This document shows, piece after piece, positions 49,480-63,400 of a DNA stretch of 64,000 nucleotides (position 1 is its first letter; each line of letters begins with the position of its first letter). The stretch comes from Octopus vulgaris (lineage: Eukaryota). Under the pieces are notes generated by a model, which was given only the letters and a program-made list of their open reading frames with translations, ran no database searches and was not told the origin of the DNA. Position numbers and translations under genes: made by a program. The stretch is from the NCBI GenBank assembly GCA_951406725.2, contig OX597817.1, positions 97,030,001 through 97,094,000 of the forward strand. The letters are read 5' to 3'.

Positions 49480-50085
49480 GATGAGTGATGAGTGACTGTC
49501 CAAGCAAGCAGGAGACCAGCACATAAATCAAAACTAAGAATGGCCTTAAAAATGCTCTAATTCAGACAGGAATTGCAGCTGATAATTGGAAGAGAGAGGC
49601 ACAAGACGGTGATGGATGGAGGAAGATAGTGCATGATAGTTGTTCAAAGTTTGAGAGGGAGAGAGTGAAGTATGAGAGAATTAGGAGGGGGGAACTTGTG
49701 GAAAGTGAGAGAGTGTTGCTTTTTATGTGTGGTATGTGGGCGGAGGTGTTTGAGTCATGCAGGCCTGGTGAGCCATCAAAATTCTCATAGAAATCATCCC
49801 ATGATAAACAATGATGTGGCTATTAAAATTCATTACAAAACATGTGTAAAATGTGGAAGGGTGTGTCTCTCAGTTGGAGGTCTAAAAAGATATGTTAAGA
49901 GAGTGCATATGGTGGCACCTGCTTCTCCTGCCAGTCAGCACAGTTGTCTAGTATGTAATAAAATGTGTAAAAGTTTGGCCAGGCTTAAAAGTCATATAAG
50001 GGTATCACATGGCAACAATCATGAATCATTTCAGTAAGTCTTCTTGGCAATGGCTTTTCTCATGTAACTAGGATGCAGCTGTGTG
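49480..50085 (+). mobile_element. 3' end of a LINE (BovB/RTE-like C-terminus) with three C2H2-type zinc fingers
   Basis: KNGLKNAL..GI...W..EAQDGDGWRK precedes CVVCGRRCLSHAGLVSHQNSH, CVKCG...KRYVKRVH and CLVCNK...KSHIRVSH. Confidence 0.6.
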
Positions 50086-51249
50086 TGTGTGATATATATA
50101 TAAGGTTACCATATGGTCTGGTTTGACTAGCACTGTCCTAGTTTATTAATATTGTTCTGGCATCCTGGCTAGTTTGAAATTATGAATGAGCTTTTCAGAA
50201 ATCTGGAAGAATTTTATTTGCGATAATCATTCTGGCTTGTAGGAAAAATTGTTAGGTATTGATACTAATTAGTCTTCCTTGTGCATAATGAAACACCTCC
50301 AGCAATAACCCAACCAGGATTTGAAACTAAAAATTTCTGCTTCACTCTCACACATAAATTGTAATACTCAGAAGTGTTCCTTCAACTGAAAATAATCAGA
50401 TAGTCATTTAAAAACATTCTTGGCTTTATTGTAAAAAAACCAAATGGCCATTGAAAAACCAGATGGTCTCAAGAAAAAAAAAAGTAGTCGGTGCCAGGAA
50501 ATTTTCATGGACTGAGAGAAAAAATAGTGTTCTCTATGATAACATATGAAATATAGTGGCTGACCTTGGATGATTCATCTCATCTCACAGACACTTCATA
50601 AAACAGCAAGAGAAGTCTGTACAATTTGATGCTAACAACTGACCAAGAGTTCTCTCTTACTCTATTCTTTAACCAAACCACAGAAAACTCAAAGATTTTT
50701 GACAACCACACTTAATTCCTCTTTCTCTCTCTCTCTCTCTATCTCTACACACGCACATTTATAGAAACAGCCACCTTCTCTCCCGCGAGTATTAACATTC
50801 TTTTTCATCTGCACACATACATGAACATTGATCTCCATATTTCATTGCTACTTTTCTTGAAACGTTATCAATTGTTTAAAATTTGCTTGGGGTTGGCATG
50901 TCCCAGAATAAACCAATTGTGACACATATTTTATATATCACATTACTTTGATGTATTGCATGAGAATGGCATTGATATATATCACAATTTCCCTGTTTTG
51001 ATTCATTTTTGCAACATTATTCAACCTGGCGTTATAGTTTTGAATAGGGTGTTTCTGGCTTTGCATGTTTTTTTAATTATTATCTAATTTATTTTGGATT
51101 CCAATAAATTTGAATATTGCAATGCTTTCTATTACATTTCCTACCTAGAGGTGAGTTTCATGAATTTGGGTAGTATAGTTCACCAGAAAAAAAAAAGACA
51201 GTGCTCTGACTTTATAGTTTCAGAGACATTTACATACATATACACACAC

Positions 51250-51612
51250 ATGGCTGTGTAGTAAAAAGCTTTCTTCCCACCCACATCATTCTGGGTTCAG
51301 TCCCACTGCATGGTATCTTGGGCAAATGCCTTCTACTATAGCCTCAACCTGTCCAAGGTCTTGTGAGTGGATTTGGGAGATGGAAATTGAAAGAAGCCTC
51401 TTGTGTGTGAATATATGTGTGTCTTCCTCACCACTGCTTGACAATTGGTGTTGGGTTGTTTACATCCCCGTAAGCTACCAGTTAGGCAAAAAGACACTGA
51501 TGGAATAAATACAGGCTTTAAAAAATGAAAAACTTAGTCCTAGGTTCGAGTTATTCGAACTAAAACCCTTCAAGGTCGTATTCCAGCATGACTGCAGTCA
51601 AATGACTAAAAC
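51250..51612 (+). mobile_element. tRNA-derived SINE
   Basis: Same family as 26455-26835. Confidence 0.8.
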
Positions 51613-51619
51613 AATATAT

Positions 51620-51828
51620 ATATAAACAATTGCAGCGTGGAAGATGTTTATAAGCCATTTATAACACACAGAAACTGTTAGATTCACTTCAACTTTTAAA
51701 TTTAATTCGTCAAAATATTTTCGTTGGTTTGAGGCTGCGACCTGTTCACTGACAAAATTCCGTACTGCAATTGTTTTCGTTCCAGTACACGAGCTCAGAT
51801 CAGGTAACTTGCTATGCAAGTACATATC

Positions 51829-51830
<2 letters not shown>
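51620..51830 (-). mobile_element. About 200-bp element in (TA)n carrying a variant hammerhead
   Basis: gtcaGTGAACAggtcgc..ccaacGAAAatatTTtgac on the minus strand at 51706-51756. Confidence 0.55.
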
Positions 51831-51876
<46 letters not shown>

Positions 51877-52196
51877 GAAATAAATGGTATAGTTATCAAC
51901 TTTATACAGCTCAACCAATTAGCATTCAAATGGAGCTTCAGGAATATAAAATTAAGGAGAGAAACAAATTTCAAAGGTTGGTGTGTATATTCATTCAATC
52001 CATTTCAAATTATCGAAATTCTCCACAGTATTCAATATACGTAAATGCGTTCACATATGAGGTATGATAAAAATTTATAAGAATTTCTAAACACTAATAC
52101 ATACGAAGATTTATAACTATAAAAATTCATAAATATATAAACATAAATATAAATACATAGATGTACTTGCAAAGTCCGAATGTCCGTATTAGAATC

Positions 52197-52227
<31 letters not shown>

Positions 52228-52644
52228 ATATAAATTAGAGATAAAACCACTATTATGCAACTCAAACACTGATAGACATAAACCAATAAATATATAATAT
52301 AATTAAAAAAATATATATAACTTATAACTAAATCTCAAAAAGTATAAAATGAATGATAAATATATATGTATATAAATATATATATATATATACACAAGAA
52401 TCGCCCATGTCGAATTTATATGTATACATCAATATCTAATATGTATGTATGTGTATAAAACCATCTATTTCGGGCTGATTGTTATACCTAGCGATATTAT
52501 CTAGTCCATTAAACGGTAACATTCTTACTAGTTATATGCCATAACCAGTGATATACTACTCGACGACAAAAAGATATATTTCTCATATTGAGAGTGCTTT
52601 ATTTTGTTTTTGACTACTGAACAAGTAACTGATAATTTATACAT

Positions 52645-52677
<33 letters not shown>

Positions 52678-52759
52678 AAAGAAACTATGCAAAAATGCCA
52701 AGAATCAGAATATTTGTTTCTCTTTAAAAATTTGTCATTATATCTATTTACTGCAAAAG

Positions 52760-53075
52760 TAGCCTCCCTTTCCGCCTGGCAACATGCGCAGCATGTTCTC
52801 TACGAATTTGCCCTGTAGCAGGCTTCTTTTCCATCCTGGTCTCTACTCATCCTGGTTCTTCACGAATCACCCGGACGAAAATAACATCACAAGGTTGGTC
52901 ACACGTGGTTGTATCTACCGCCACATATCATGTTGAGTTTTCTTGCTGATGTTTTGTGCTGCGTTGTGTCTTGTACATCAATGTACGACACTGCGATCAC
53001 GATATAATACTTTGTTGCTACAAAATGGCGCTTGTGTAACTGTGCGAGCAGTATTTGACGAAATGGAAGTAATGG
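52760..53075. promoter_or_regulatory. Putative CpG-richer, possibly bidirectional promoter / first-exon region
   Basis: Apparently unique sequence with locally more CpG, TGCGCA (about 52785), E-box GTCACACGTG (about 52898) and YY1-like AAAATGGCG (53022). Confidence 0.45.
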
Positions 53076-54189
53076 TGTTAATATTAGGATCTCATTTAAA
53101 CTTTGTCGTGCTTGATGTTTCACTGCAATCTCATTGCAATTCTTCCCTCCTTTTCCAAACAAATTAATTATCAAGTCCTGTTGTTTACTTTTGAACATTA
53201 AGTTAAAATCAAGTTATTGATTAATGTATAAGTGAATATTATTCATTCAGCTTTGATATATTTAATATCCTTTCTTGAAAATTGTTTATATTTTCCCACG
53301 CTTTGCTATTTTTGATGCTGTCAAAAGAATCTACTCTATCGTGTGAACTACGTTTGGATATGTGTACCTACATATGTATATTCTTCCATTCTTATTTTAA
53401 TTTTCACGCCATTGCTAACCTTTAACCTAGAAATACGCCCTCATTGATTCTGATTGCATTCACCTTTATATTTAGTACACTTATGTTGATAACAGACTGC
53501 TGGTGTTAAGATAGTGTAGTTCATTTGCTGTGTCGCAATGGTAAAGGTGTCTTTAGTTCCTCTGTAATTGATGATCTTCCCTTACTTTCTATAAGTTTAC
53601 AGATAGGTTTCAAGTCCATGTTATGGAATTATCTAGGGATGTTAGAAGAAAAAGAACCTGTGATGCAATTGATCTCAACTGAATAAATTTTTTAGAACAT
53701 TCTTTTTTTTAGCTTCGAAAATATTTTCGCTTACAACTTGAGCACTTTTAGAATGCTTTGTTTTGAGTGGAGATAACATTTTGTGAAAACTCGTCTCTTA
53801 TTCCATTTCTGTACCGTAGATTCTTCTTCAGAATTACGGGAGTGTCGACTTTCTTTTAGTACACTTTACTGTCATCGTTTCTTATATATATTTAAGACGA
53901 GTTACTTGCAACAGTGTTTACCGCTGAACTTATTTCTGTTACTATAAACGTCTTCAGTGTAACGGTAAATTTCTCTAATCCTCTTTCATTTTTTAAAACT
54001 TCTGAGCTTAGATCATATTTACCGAATTAAGAATTCCATGAAAAAGTTACCTATTGATATACGGTATTGATTTTAAGAATTTAGTGAATTGGGCAATAGG
54101 AAAAAAAAAAACTTAAATAATTACTGATGACTAACAAGTTATTTCATATTCTAATATTAATGGTATTTACATTCAGTTTTCCCCCAATT

Positions 54190-54334
54190 ATTAAGCGTGG
54201 CTGCATGGTAAAAAGCTTGCTTCTCAACGACATGGTTCCGGGTGGCACCCTGGGCAAGAGTCGTCTACTATAGCTTCGGGCCGACCAAATCATTGTAAGT
54301 GGATTTGGTCGACGGAAACTGAAAGAAGCCTTTC

Positions 54335-54370
<36 letters not shown>

Positions 54371-54570
54371 TATGTGTGTATACACACACGTATATGTGTA
54401 TCTTTGTGTCTGTCCCCCACCTCCACCACTTGACAACTGGTGTTGTTGTGTTTGCATCCCCATAACTTAGTGGTTCAGCTAAAGTGACTGATAGAATAAG
54501 TACTTGGTAAAACCCTTCATGGCGATGCCTCAGTGTGGCCGCAGTCAAATGACTGAAACCAGTAAAAGAT
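54190..54570 (+). mobile_element. tRNA-derived SINE
   Basis: Same family as 26455-26835. Confidence 0.85.
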
Positions 54571-57339
54571 AGTATTGCTTATTTTGTGGTAACTTATGTA
54601 AACTGGAGGAACCAGTTGTTCGAGATTCAACTGAACTTTGAAGTGTTGGTGCAGAAACAATGATGACATGAATTCAGACTTTTGCCTTCAGTTTCTCTAA
54701 CATATTCAACTCTTAATCTACAGTTTACTCTAGAAATGGCATCCAACTGTAAATTGCTCCACCCTGCTCAGGCTCATGGGAAAATATGCATACACCCACT
54801 AAATAAATAAGCAAATAAAATTTTTTTTGTACTTTTATGTTAGCTTGTATTTTATGGAATTTTACTAATATCTTGCAATCTTACCCATTTTAAACCTTCC
54901 TATAGCATTTTACTGATCTGTTGCAGAGGTCAGCAGACTTTTTTGGAGGTGGGCTAGATTGGAAATGTTTATTATTTGCAGGGCAAAGTAAATGAAAAAC
55001 TATAACCCATTATCATACAAGGTTATAGAAAAAGAATTTTTTAAAACTTGTTTCATATTAAGTATCATCATAGAATGCCATACAGTGGAGACAAGAACAG
55101 TTTGAACATGCAAAAACACATGTTTTGTTTGATTATTTTTTTGTCAAAATAAATAGTTTCTGAGGAAAGTTATATATCATTTGAAATTTCTGGATGTGAA
55201 CTTTCTTCTCATATAGTTTCAATTAAAATCTGACTTAAATATGTCAGATTCCCTGAAACATCCTTTGCATTTACAAAGTTTATCCTGTTTGTTTGTTTTT
55301 TTTACCACTGAATGGTAGCCTTCATTCTAGTTCAGTGTGCTTGAACATTATAACTTGAGTTGTGTTAAAAATTATACTGTCATGAAGGAGAAAGCTTTCA
55401 CTTTATTTTGATATAAATGTTGATGGGGGTAGGTCTGATAATTGTTATGTAATAGAGAAAATTTAATTGTTGATTTTCACTTAGAAAAGGACATTTTCTT
55501 CACGATTTTTTATCATAAGAAAGAATAATTTTTCAGATTCAATTTAGTCATTGCTAAATCTAGCCACAGTATGACAAAAAAAAAAAAATACAAAGTGAAT
55601 AAAGAGAGTGGTATACTGATATATTCACCAAACTGACGTATTCACATGCAGTGAGAGGTCAAGTGGAACACAAATCCAAGGTTTCAAATATCGAGTTTGA
55701 GCCAGAATTTCAAGAGATGGATGAACTAATTACGAAGTAAACATATTTCTACTAAAAAAAAAAAATCCACTAAATTGAGTTCAATAAGTTTTCTTGAGCC
55801 CAAACTTAACAGGAAATTGTTGTATTGAGAATGTTGCTTATTTCCTTGGTGTCGTAACATGTGGACTGCTAGGCAAAGCTAGCAGATATACTTGTAACTT
55901 TTGTTTTTCTTTGAGAGATATTGGTCAAATTCTACCACTAAAAATATCAGGCAATGAATATAATTTCAGATCTGATATTTTTACTTTCTGATTTTGGATA
56001 CAGTTAGGATAATTTGTGTCAATGTTACATATTTGTTTTGGGTTTTTTTTTCTCTTTCTCCTACTAGCGAGTTTCCTATAAGTTACAGATGTTGTCAATG
56101 TCTTTAATTTATGTTTTTAATACTTAAAGCAAGGAATTAGTTTTCACATTTTCTTTGTTTTTTAATCTAGGTCTACATGCAATTCTGAAAAGGTATCAGG
56201 TAGCTGTGGGATGTGGTAAAAACAACTAAATCTCCTTTAAATCACTCGTGTTTTTGTTTGAAAATATTTTCCAATTTTTTTTTTACTGTAAAGGCTGCTC
56301 CCATTGTTTTTAAGTTTTAAGTGCATAGTGCAAACAAAATCGGTCCTCTGTGTGGGGTGAGGTTTGGAAAAAAATCATAAATTTTCATAAAAAGCTTATC
56401 CCCATCATTTCCAAGACAGTACTGCAAAGAAGAAAGAAAGAAATTGGAAAAATCCACCATCAACAGGGAGAGAATCCAATTTGTGTGGGTGTCTGGATTT
56501 GAAACTCTGCCATTTATAGCTATTTTTAATAGTCCACTAAAATTTTATTGAAATGTTGTCATATTCCAAATTTATCTAGTTCTATACCTACTACAAATGC
56601 ACCAAACTCAAGTCTCTGTGACTTGAAATTTTGGATTTAACTAGGTCTGAAAACACTGAAATTGTTTGTGACAAAATAGGCTTTACATAAATATTAAAAA
56701 AAACTGCCCACCCACCCCCAATGTTTTCTTTTCAAAAACCTCAAAAAGAAATAGGCAACTACTATACCATGGTCTCTATTAATTTCTGTAATTTGAAGAT
56801 GATTATCACCTCAGTTTCAAAGATATGACATCACAAATATAGCTAATTATTCATTTAGGCTAATTAGGCAAGATTTCGATAATTTTACTGACCATTCAAA
56901 TTGTCATATTTCCTAAAATATTTACCCAAATTTCACAAATGAGGTATCAAAATATTTCTTTTTGGATGCTCTCTCCAAGAAGTACAGTGGAAATTACATT
57001 TAAATATTTTCAAAAATTCATAGTGATACCATTATCACCTGTTTTAATGAAGGATTCCCTGCATGTTTCATTATGTAAAAATCATATTCTATTAGGTTGA
57101 ATGGAAGTTGGAGTTAATATCAGCAAGTTTGTCTGCTTCACTGGATGAATAAACATTTTTTGTCCTTCACTGTTTTCTTAGAATTGGTTATTCATGTATA
57201 CTACATTGTGACAATGAAATGGTATTAATCTGTTGATTGAAGGTGAAAACATTTGCTGCTTAAAATATCATACTGGTGGAAAACTCATTCTTTTACTTCA
57301 ATTTTGTTAGAGATATTTAATTTCAGAGAAGAAGATGCA

Positions 57340-58590
57340 AATATGGTTGTATGGTTAAGAGGCTCATTTTCCAATCACATGGTCTCAGGTTCAGTCTCAC
57401 TACTATTTGGTATTTTTTTTTTATACTCTTTTACTTGTTTCAGTCATTTGACTGACCATGCTGGAGCACCACCTTTAGTCGAGCAAATTGACCCTAGGAC
57501 TTATTCTTTGTAAGCCTAGTACTTATTCTGTCGGTCTCTTTTGCTGAACCGCTAAGTTATGGGGACGTAAACACACCAGCATCAGTTGTCAAGCAATGTT
57601 GGGGGAACAAACACACACATATATATGATGGGCTTCTTTCAGTTTCCGTCTACCAAATCCAATCACAAGGCTTTGGTTGGCCCGAGGCTATAGTAGAAGA
57701 CACTTGTCCAAGGTGCCATGCAGTGGGACTGAACCCGGAACCATGTGGTTCGTAAGCAAGCTACTTACCACACAGTCACTCCTATGCCTATATATATATA
57801 TATATTTATTTATTTATTTATTTATTAGAAGTATTGGGGTGATGTACAGATTTAATATATATGAAAGAAAAAGGCGTTCAGAATGCTGGATGGTTGTATA
57901 TAAAAAAATATATTTTGATTTACATATCACATATTATTTATTCAAATCACATATTTAAGCACTTTCAACTCCTACTGTAGTCTCATCAGATATGTCAGTC
58001 ATTTGACTTTGGCCATTTTGGAGCATTGCCTTGAAAGGTTTTTTAGTTGAACAAATCAACTCTAGGATTTATTTTTTAAGCCTGGTACTTATTCTATCGG
58101 TCTATTTTGCCAAACTGCTATGTTACAGGGACATAAACATATCAACACCAGTTGCCAAACAGTAATGGAGGAACAAACACAGACACACATATACGAAGGA
58201 CTTCTTTCAGTTTCTGCCTACCAAATCCATTCACAAGGCTTTGGTCAGCCTGAGGCTATTATAGAAGACACTTGCATAGAGTACCATGCAGTGGGACTGA
58301 ACCCGGAACCATGTGGTTGGGAAGCAAGCTTCTTTTATTCATTCAATTGGCCACAAAGAAAGGAAGCTGTAGGCTGGACAAGGACATAAGATGAAATGAT
58401 TGACGATATGATAATAATGAGGGCAACAGCAATGCCCACTGATTGCTGTTTACCTAAACACATTGTTCTTCATAAATTGAGGCAACAAACCTCTTACAAG
58501 AAAGCAATTATGAGGCAGTAAACCTCTTCATGAGTCGAAAAACAATAATACAAATGAGGGAAGCAAGCTTCTTAGCACACAACTACGCCT
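57340..58590 (-). mobile_element. Cluster of SINE copies (mainly 57420-57790 and 57990-58590)
   Basis: Reverse complements of the 26.5/54.2-kb SINE. Confidence 0.8.
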
Positions 58591-58879
58591 GTACCTACAC
58601 ACATGTATACACACACACACGTATATATATATATATATCTACTACATATGTGGAAAATCGGTGTGTTTGTTTGATTGATTGATTTTTGATTGATTTTTCC
58701 AGTTTCAGCTAATGAGCTGTGGCTGTGCTGGGGCACCGCCATTTGGTTTGCTACACGATTTTACCTCACGGATGCTTTTTAGCAAACGCCATCTGATGCA
58801 TGAGAGAGTTCGATGCAGCTGCCCTCATCTGCACCTCCTGCCGTGAAGTTGGTTCATCCGGGACACCTGACACGTGGCG

Positions 58880-60000
58880 TTGTTAGCTAACTCTTCCTAC
58901 ATCGTTTTATTGATTTTGATGAAACTTGATAAGTGAGTAGAACTCATGTCTGGAAACCTTGTGACATATTTAGATTGTTGAAAAAAAATCAATAATACGG
59001 CCCCTGGAAGGGATCTTTATATCTACCTCATATACCTATTTTTTTAAACACCCAAGGGAAATAACCCATAGCACCTCCACTTACTGTTGTTAGTTTTAAG
59101 TGAAGCGATCAATATTTGATTCTCACGATCAGCGGACCTAATTCTGCATTTCACTACTCACAGTTTTCAACTGCTAAACCTTATTATTGCACTTTCTTGA
59201 TCTATGTACACTTTTAATGCCCATAACTTGGATAATTTTCCATTTTTTCCAGTTAAAACTTTTCGAAGACAGTACATAAATTTTTGATTCCAGAATGTAT
59301 TTAATGTCTCCCAATAAAATGAACTCCTACTTTGAATGCTTAAAATTCTTAAAAAATTAAACCAAACTTCCACACCACATTCAGTTGGGACACCCTGTAT
59401 CACTTATACTTATTTTACAAATCATAATATTTACTGATTATTTACAGTTCATTCATTTTCATGAAACTAATTGAGCCATCAAATTTAGAAATATTTTACG
59501 TTTCATTGTTTATGTTCGATAACTTTGAATATTGATTTTTTTGTGCGTCCAATTTCTAATTTTTGCAGACAATATCACTTTTATACTTTATTTGACACGT
59601 GAGTAGAACTCCTGTCAGGAAATTTTGTGACACACTTAGATTCTTGAGAAAAATCGATAATAGGGCACCTCCAATGGATCCTATCTACTACATATTACTA
59701 ATATTTTATTTAAACAACCCAAGCGAAATAACCCATACCACCTGCAGATTTTAGTAAAGCAATCAATATTTGATTCTCACGATCAACTGGCCTAATTCTG
59801 CATTTCACTATTCAGTTTTGAACTCCTAAACATTATTATTGCATTTTCTTGATTTGAATCTTAAACCTTAGACTTCATTCACACATTTCTATACATTTCT
59901 TTGGAATGCCCATTAATCTGATAATTCTGAATTTTTATTGTTACACTTTTTCCGTGACAGTAGATAAATCTTTTATTCCATAACATATTTGTAGTGGCAT
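58880..60000. repeat. Tandem duplication of an about 670-bp repeat unit
   Basis: gtgagtagaactc at 58933 and 59599; caatatttgattctcacgatca in both units. Confidence 0.8.
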
Positions 60001-60419
60001 CATGCAGGCATAGCAGGGATTCGATCCATGATTGCCAAATTTCATTTAACACTTCAACAGTGCTTTTCTCATGGTAAAACAATAGTTTTTCTGTGAATGA
60101 TAGCAGTTATACATCTCCCAAATGCCTTTGCTAAGCAGAATAATGTCTTTGCCACTTGACCCTTCTAACCTCTTCTAGGCCACCAGGGGCTGCAATGGAG
60201 ATAACAGAGCTCCAACGAGATCATTTGTTCTCAAGAATATGTCTATCCTTCTGGCTGCTTTTCAATAGTTATAAAAACAAGAACTCCGTAAGCTGAAGGC
60301 AGTTACTGAGAGCGACCATTAGTGAGTGTGAACGTTATTATTGCACTTTCTTCATTTCCTTCTTAAAGATTAAACACTTCATTCATATATTTATATACAT
60401 ATTAAATTTATATATTTTT

Positions 60420-63400
60420 GTCGTCATCATCATCATTGTCATTTAACGTCTGCTTTCCATGCTGGCATGGGTTTGATGGTTTGACTGAGGGCTGGTGAGC
60501 CAGAAGGCTGCACCAGGTTGCAGTCTGATCTGGCAAAGTTTCTACAGCTGAATGCCTTTCCTAATGCCAGCCACTCTGAGAGTGTAGTGGGTACTTTTAT
60601 GTGTCACCTGCACGGAAGACAGTCCAGCGGCACTGGCAATGACCATGCTCGAATGTTATTTTTCACGTGCGACCGGCATATGTGCCAGTAAGGCAATGTT
60701 GGCAATGATCATGCTTGAATTGTGCTTTTTACATGCCACCAGCACAGGAGCCATTCAGCGGCCTTGGCAACGGTCGTGCTTGGATTGTGCTTTTAATGTT
60801 CCACTCTCTGAACTGCCAATCAAGCAGTACTGTCATTGACCATGTCAGCGATTTTGATTTCACTTGCCTCAACAGGTCTTCGCGAGCAAAGTTTATTGTC
60901 CAATGAATGAAGGGTACTCATAAGTGGGCTGGTTGTACACCACTGGCATAGGCCACCGGTTATGGTCTCACTTGGCTTGTCGGGTTTTCTCAAGTACAGC
61001 ATATCTCCAAAGGTCTCGGTCACTAGTCATTGCCTCAGTAAGGCTCAATGTTCGAAGGTCATGCTTCACCACCTCATCCCAGGTCTTCCTGGGTCTACCT
61101 CTTCCACAGGTTCTCTCAACTGCTAGGGTGTGACACTTTTTCGCACATGACCATACCAGCGCAGTCGTCTCTCTTGCACATCACATCTGATGCTTCTTAA
61201 GTCCAACTTTTCTCTCAGGGCACTTACACTCTGTCGTGTATTCACACTGACATTACACATCCAGTGGAGCATACTGGCTTCATTCCTTGCAAGCTTATGC
61301 ATGTCCTCAGCAGTCACGGCCCATGTGTCATACAGTCTACCTTTTACTCTGAGCGAGAGGCCCTTTGTCACCAGCAGAGGTAGGAGCTCTCTGAACTTTG
61401 CCCAGGCTATTTTTATTTTAGCAACTACACTTTCAGAGCATCCACACCAGCTACTGACTTGATCACTTACATAACGGAAGCTATCAACTACTTCTAGTTT
61501 TTCTCCCTGGAATGTGACAGAAACTGTTCTCTGCATATTTTCAGTGTTTATTGCTCCTGAGCATTTGCCACATACAAAAACTCTCTTCCCAGTTAGCCTT
61601 CATTTGATGTTCATAGCTTACACTGGATGCATCTTATGGAGCTTCTACCTACACCTTTTCTACAGATCAAGCTGGGCCATCTACTTGAAGGGATTTGTGG
61701 TTTGTCTGCCTTCCTACTTTTTTGCTAGGTTGACTCTAATGCCCTTCGATTCTAATCCTTGCTTCCACACCTGAAACTTTTCCTCTAGTTCTGGTAGTGA
61801 CTCAGCAATTAGAGCAAGGTCATCAGCACAGAGGAGCACCCAAGGGGTATCCTGTCTTGAATTCCTCTGTTATTGCCTGGAGGACTATGATGAATAAGAG
61901 GGGGCTGAGGACTGATCCTTGGTGAACCCTACCCGGAATTCTTCACTGTACTTGTTGCCAACCCTCACCTTACTGACAGCATCCCTGTACATGGCTTGCA
62001 CCTCTCTCACTAACCATTCATCTATCCCTAGTTTCCTCATTGACCACCAGATAAGGGATCGGGGAACCCTGTCAAAGGCTTTTTCCATGTCAACGAAAGC
62101 CAGGTTCTGAGGTTTATCTTTGGCTAGGTATTTCTCCTTCAGCTGTTTTACCAGAAATATAGCAACAGTGGTGCTTTTCTCTGGCACAAGCCTAGACTGC
62201 ATCTCATCTATACTGACTCTTTCCCTAATTAGTTGGATTATGACCCTCTCTGTGACCTTCATTACCTGATCCAACAACTTGATACTTCTGTAATTATTTG
62301 TATCTAAAGCATCACCCTTACCTTTGTAACAGTTGACTATGGTGCTGCTACACCAGTCATTGGGTATGACTCCTTCATGTATCACCTGGTTGACTATACG
62401 GGTGACTAGGCTGAAGCCGACAACGCCAGATATTTTGAGTATCTCTGCGGTGATTCCTGATGGGTTGGGGGCTTTCCCTGTCTTCATACCCTTAATTGCT
62501 TTATCTACCAAGGTACTGTCAACTCGGATAGCTGGTCCATCTCTTCATTTAGCAACCTTTCATAGTGGCGTCTCCAAACCTCACTCTTTGCAGCCTCGTT
62601 TAATGCAAGTGACCCATCATCCATGCAGACACATTTCTCTCCTACAACATCATGATTCTCTTGCGCACACTGTCTTGCAACACGAAATACTTGAAGTCTT
62701 TGGTCCTCAACATGCAGAACATTGGCAAATCTTTTCTTATCTGCTTCCCCTCTGGCTAAATAAACCTGTCTCCTAGCTTCCCTTCTGGCAGTCTGATACA
62801 ATTCCCTGCTACCATTCTTCCAGTCCTTCCAAGTCTGTTTCTTTTCCCTAATGGTCCTGTCAACAACATTGTTCCACCAACACGTTACCATCGGTCGAGA
62901 GGGGACTTTACACCATGCACAGATCTGGTCTGTGGCCCTCAACATGTTGTCCCGTTGAAACCTCTAGTTGTTTTCCTCATCATGAGATGCTATATCCCCC
63001 ATTATTTTGTCAAAAGCTTTGAGTAATACATCTCTAAATCTTGTCCATTTGCAAGATCTTTAAACTTCCAGACCTTTCTCCTCCATGCTGGTCGTCTTCT
63101 GGGCATCCATTTAGCTCTGATCCTGAAGTCACTAACTACTAGTCTATGTTGTGGGGTACATTTTTTGCCTGGGAAGGTTTTGGCATTTATAAGCAGCCAT
63201 CTTTCCCTTTTCCTGGCAAGGATATAATCAATTTGGTTAGTGTGTCTACCAGATTGGTAGGTGACTAGGTGACTGGCAGGTTTCCTGAAGTTAGTATTGC
63301 AAACCATAAAATCATTTGCATCACAGAAATCCAGCAGCCTGGTTCCCTCATTGCAGGAACCAAAACCCTAGCCTCCATGTATGCCATGGAAGCTCCCTGC

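Noticed and set aside
54924-56040. hAT/Charlie-like element (CAGAGGTCAGCAGAC end)
   Set aside because: Only one plausible terminus and no clear transposase motif; left unannotated.
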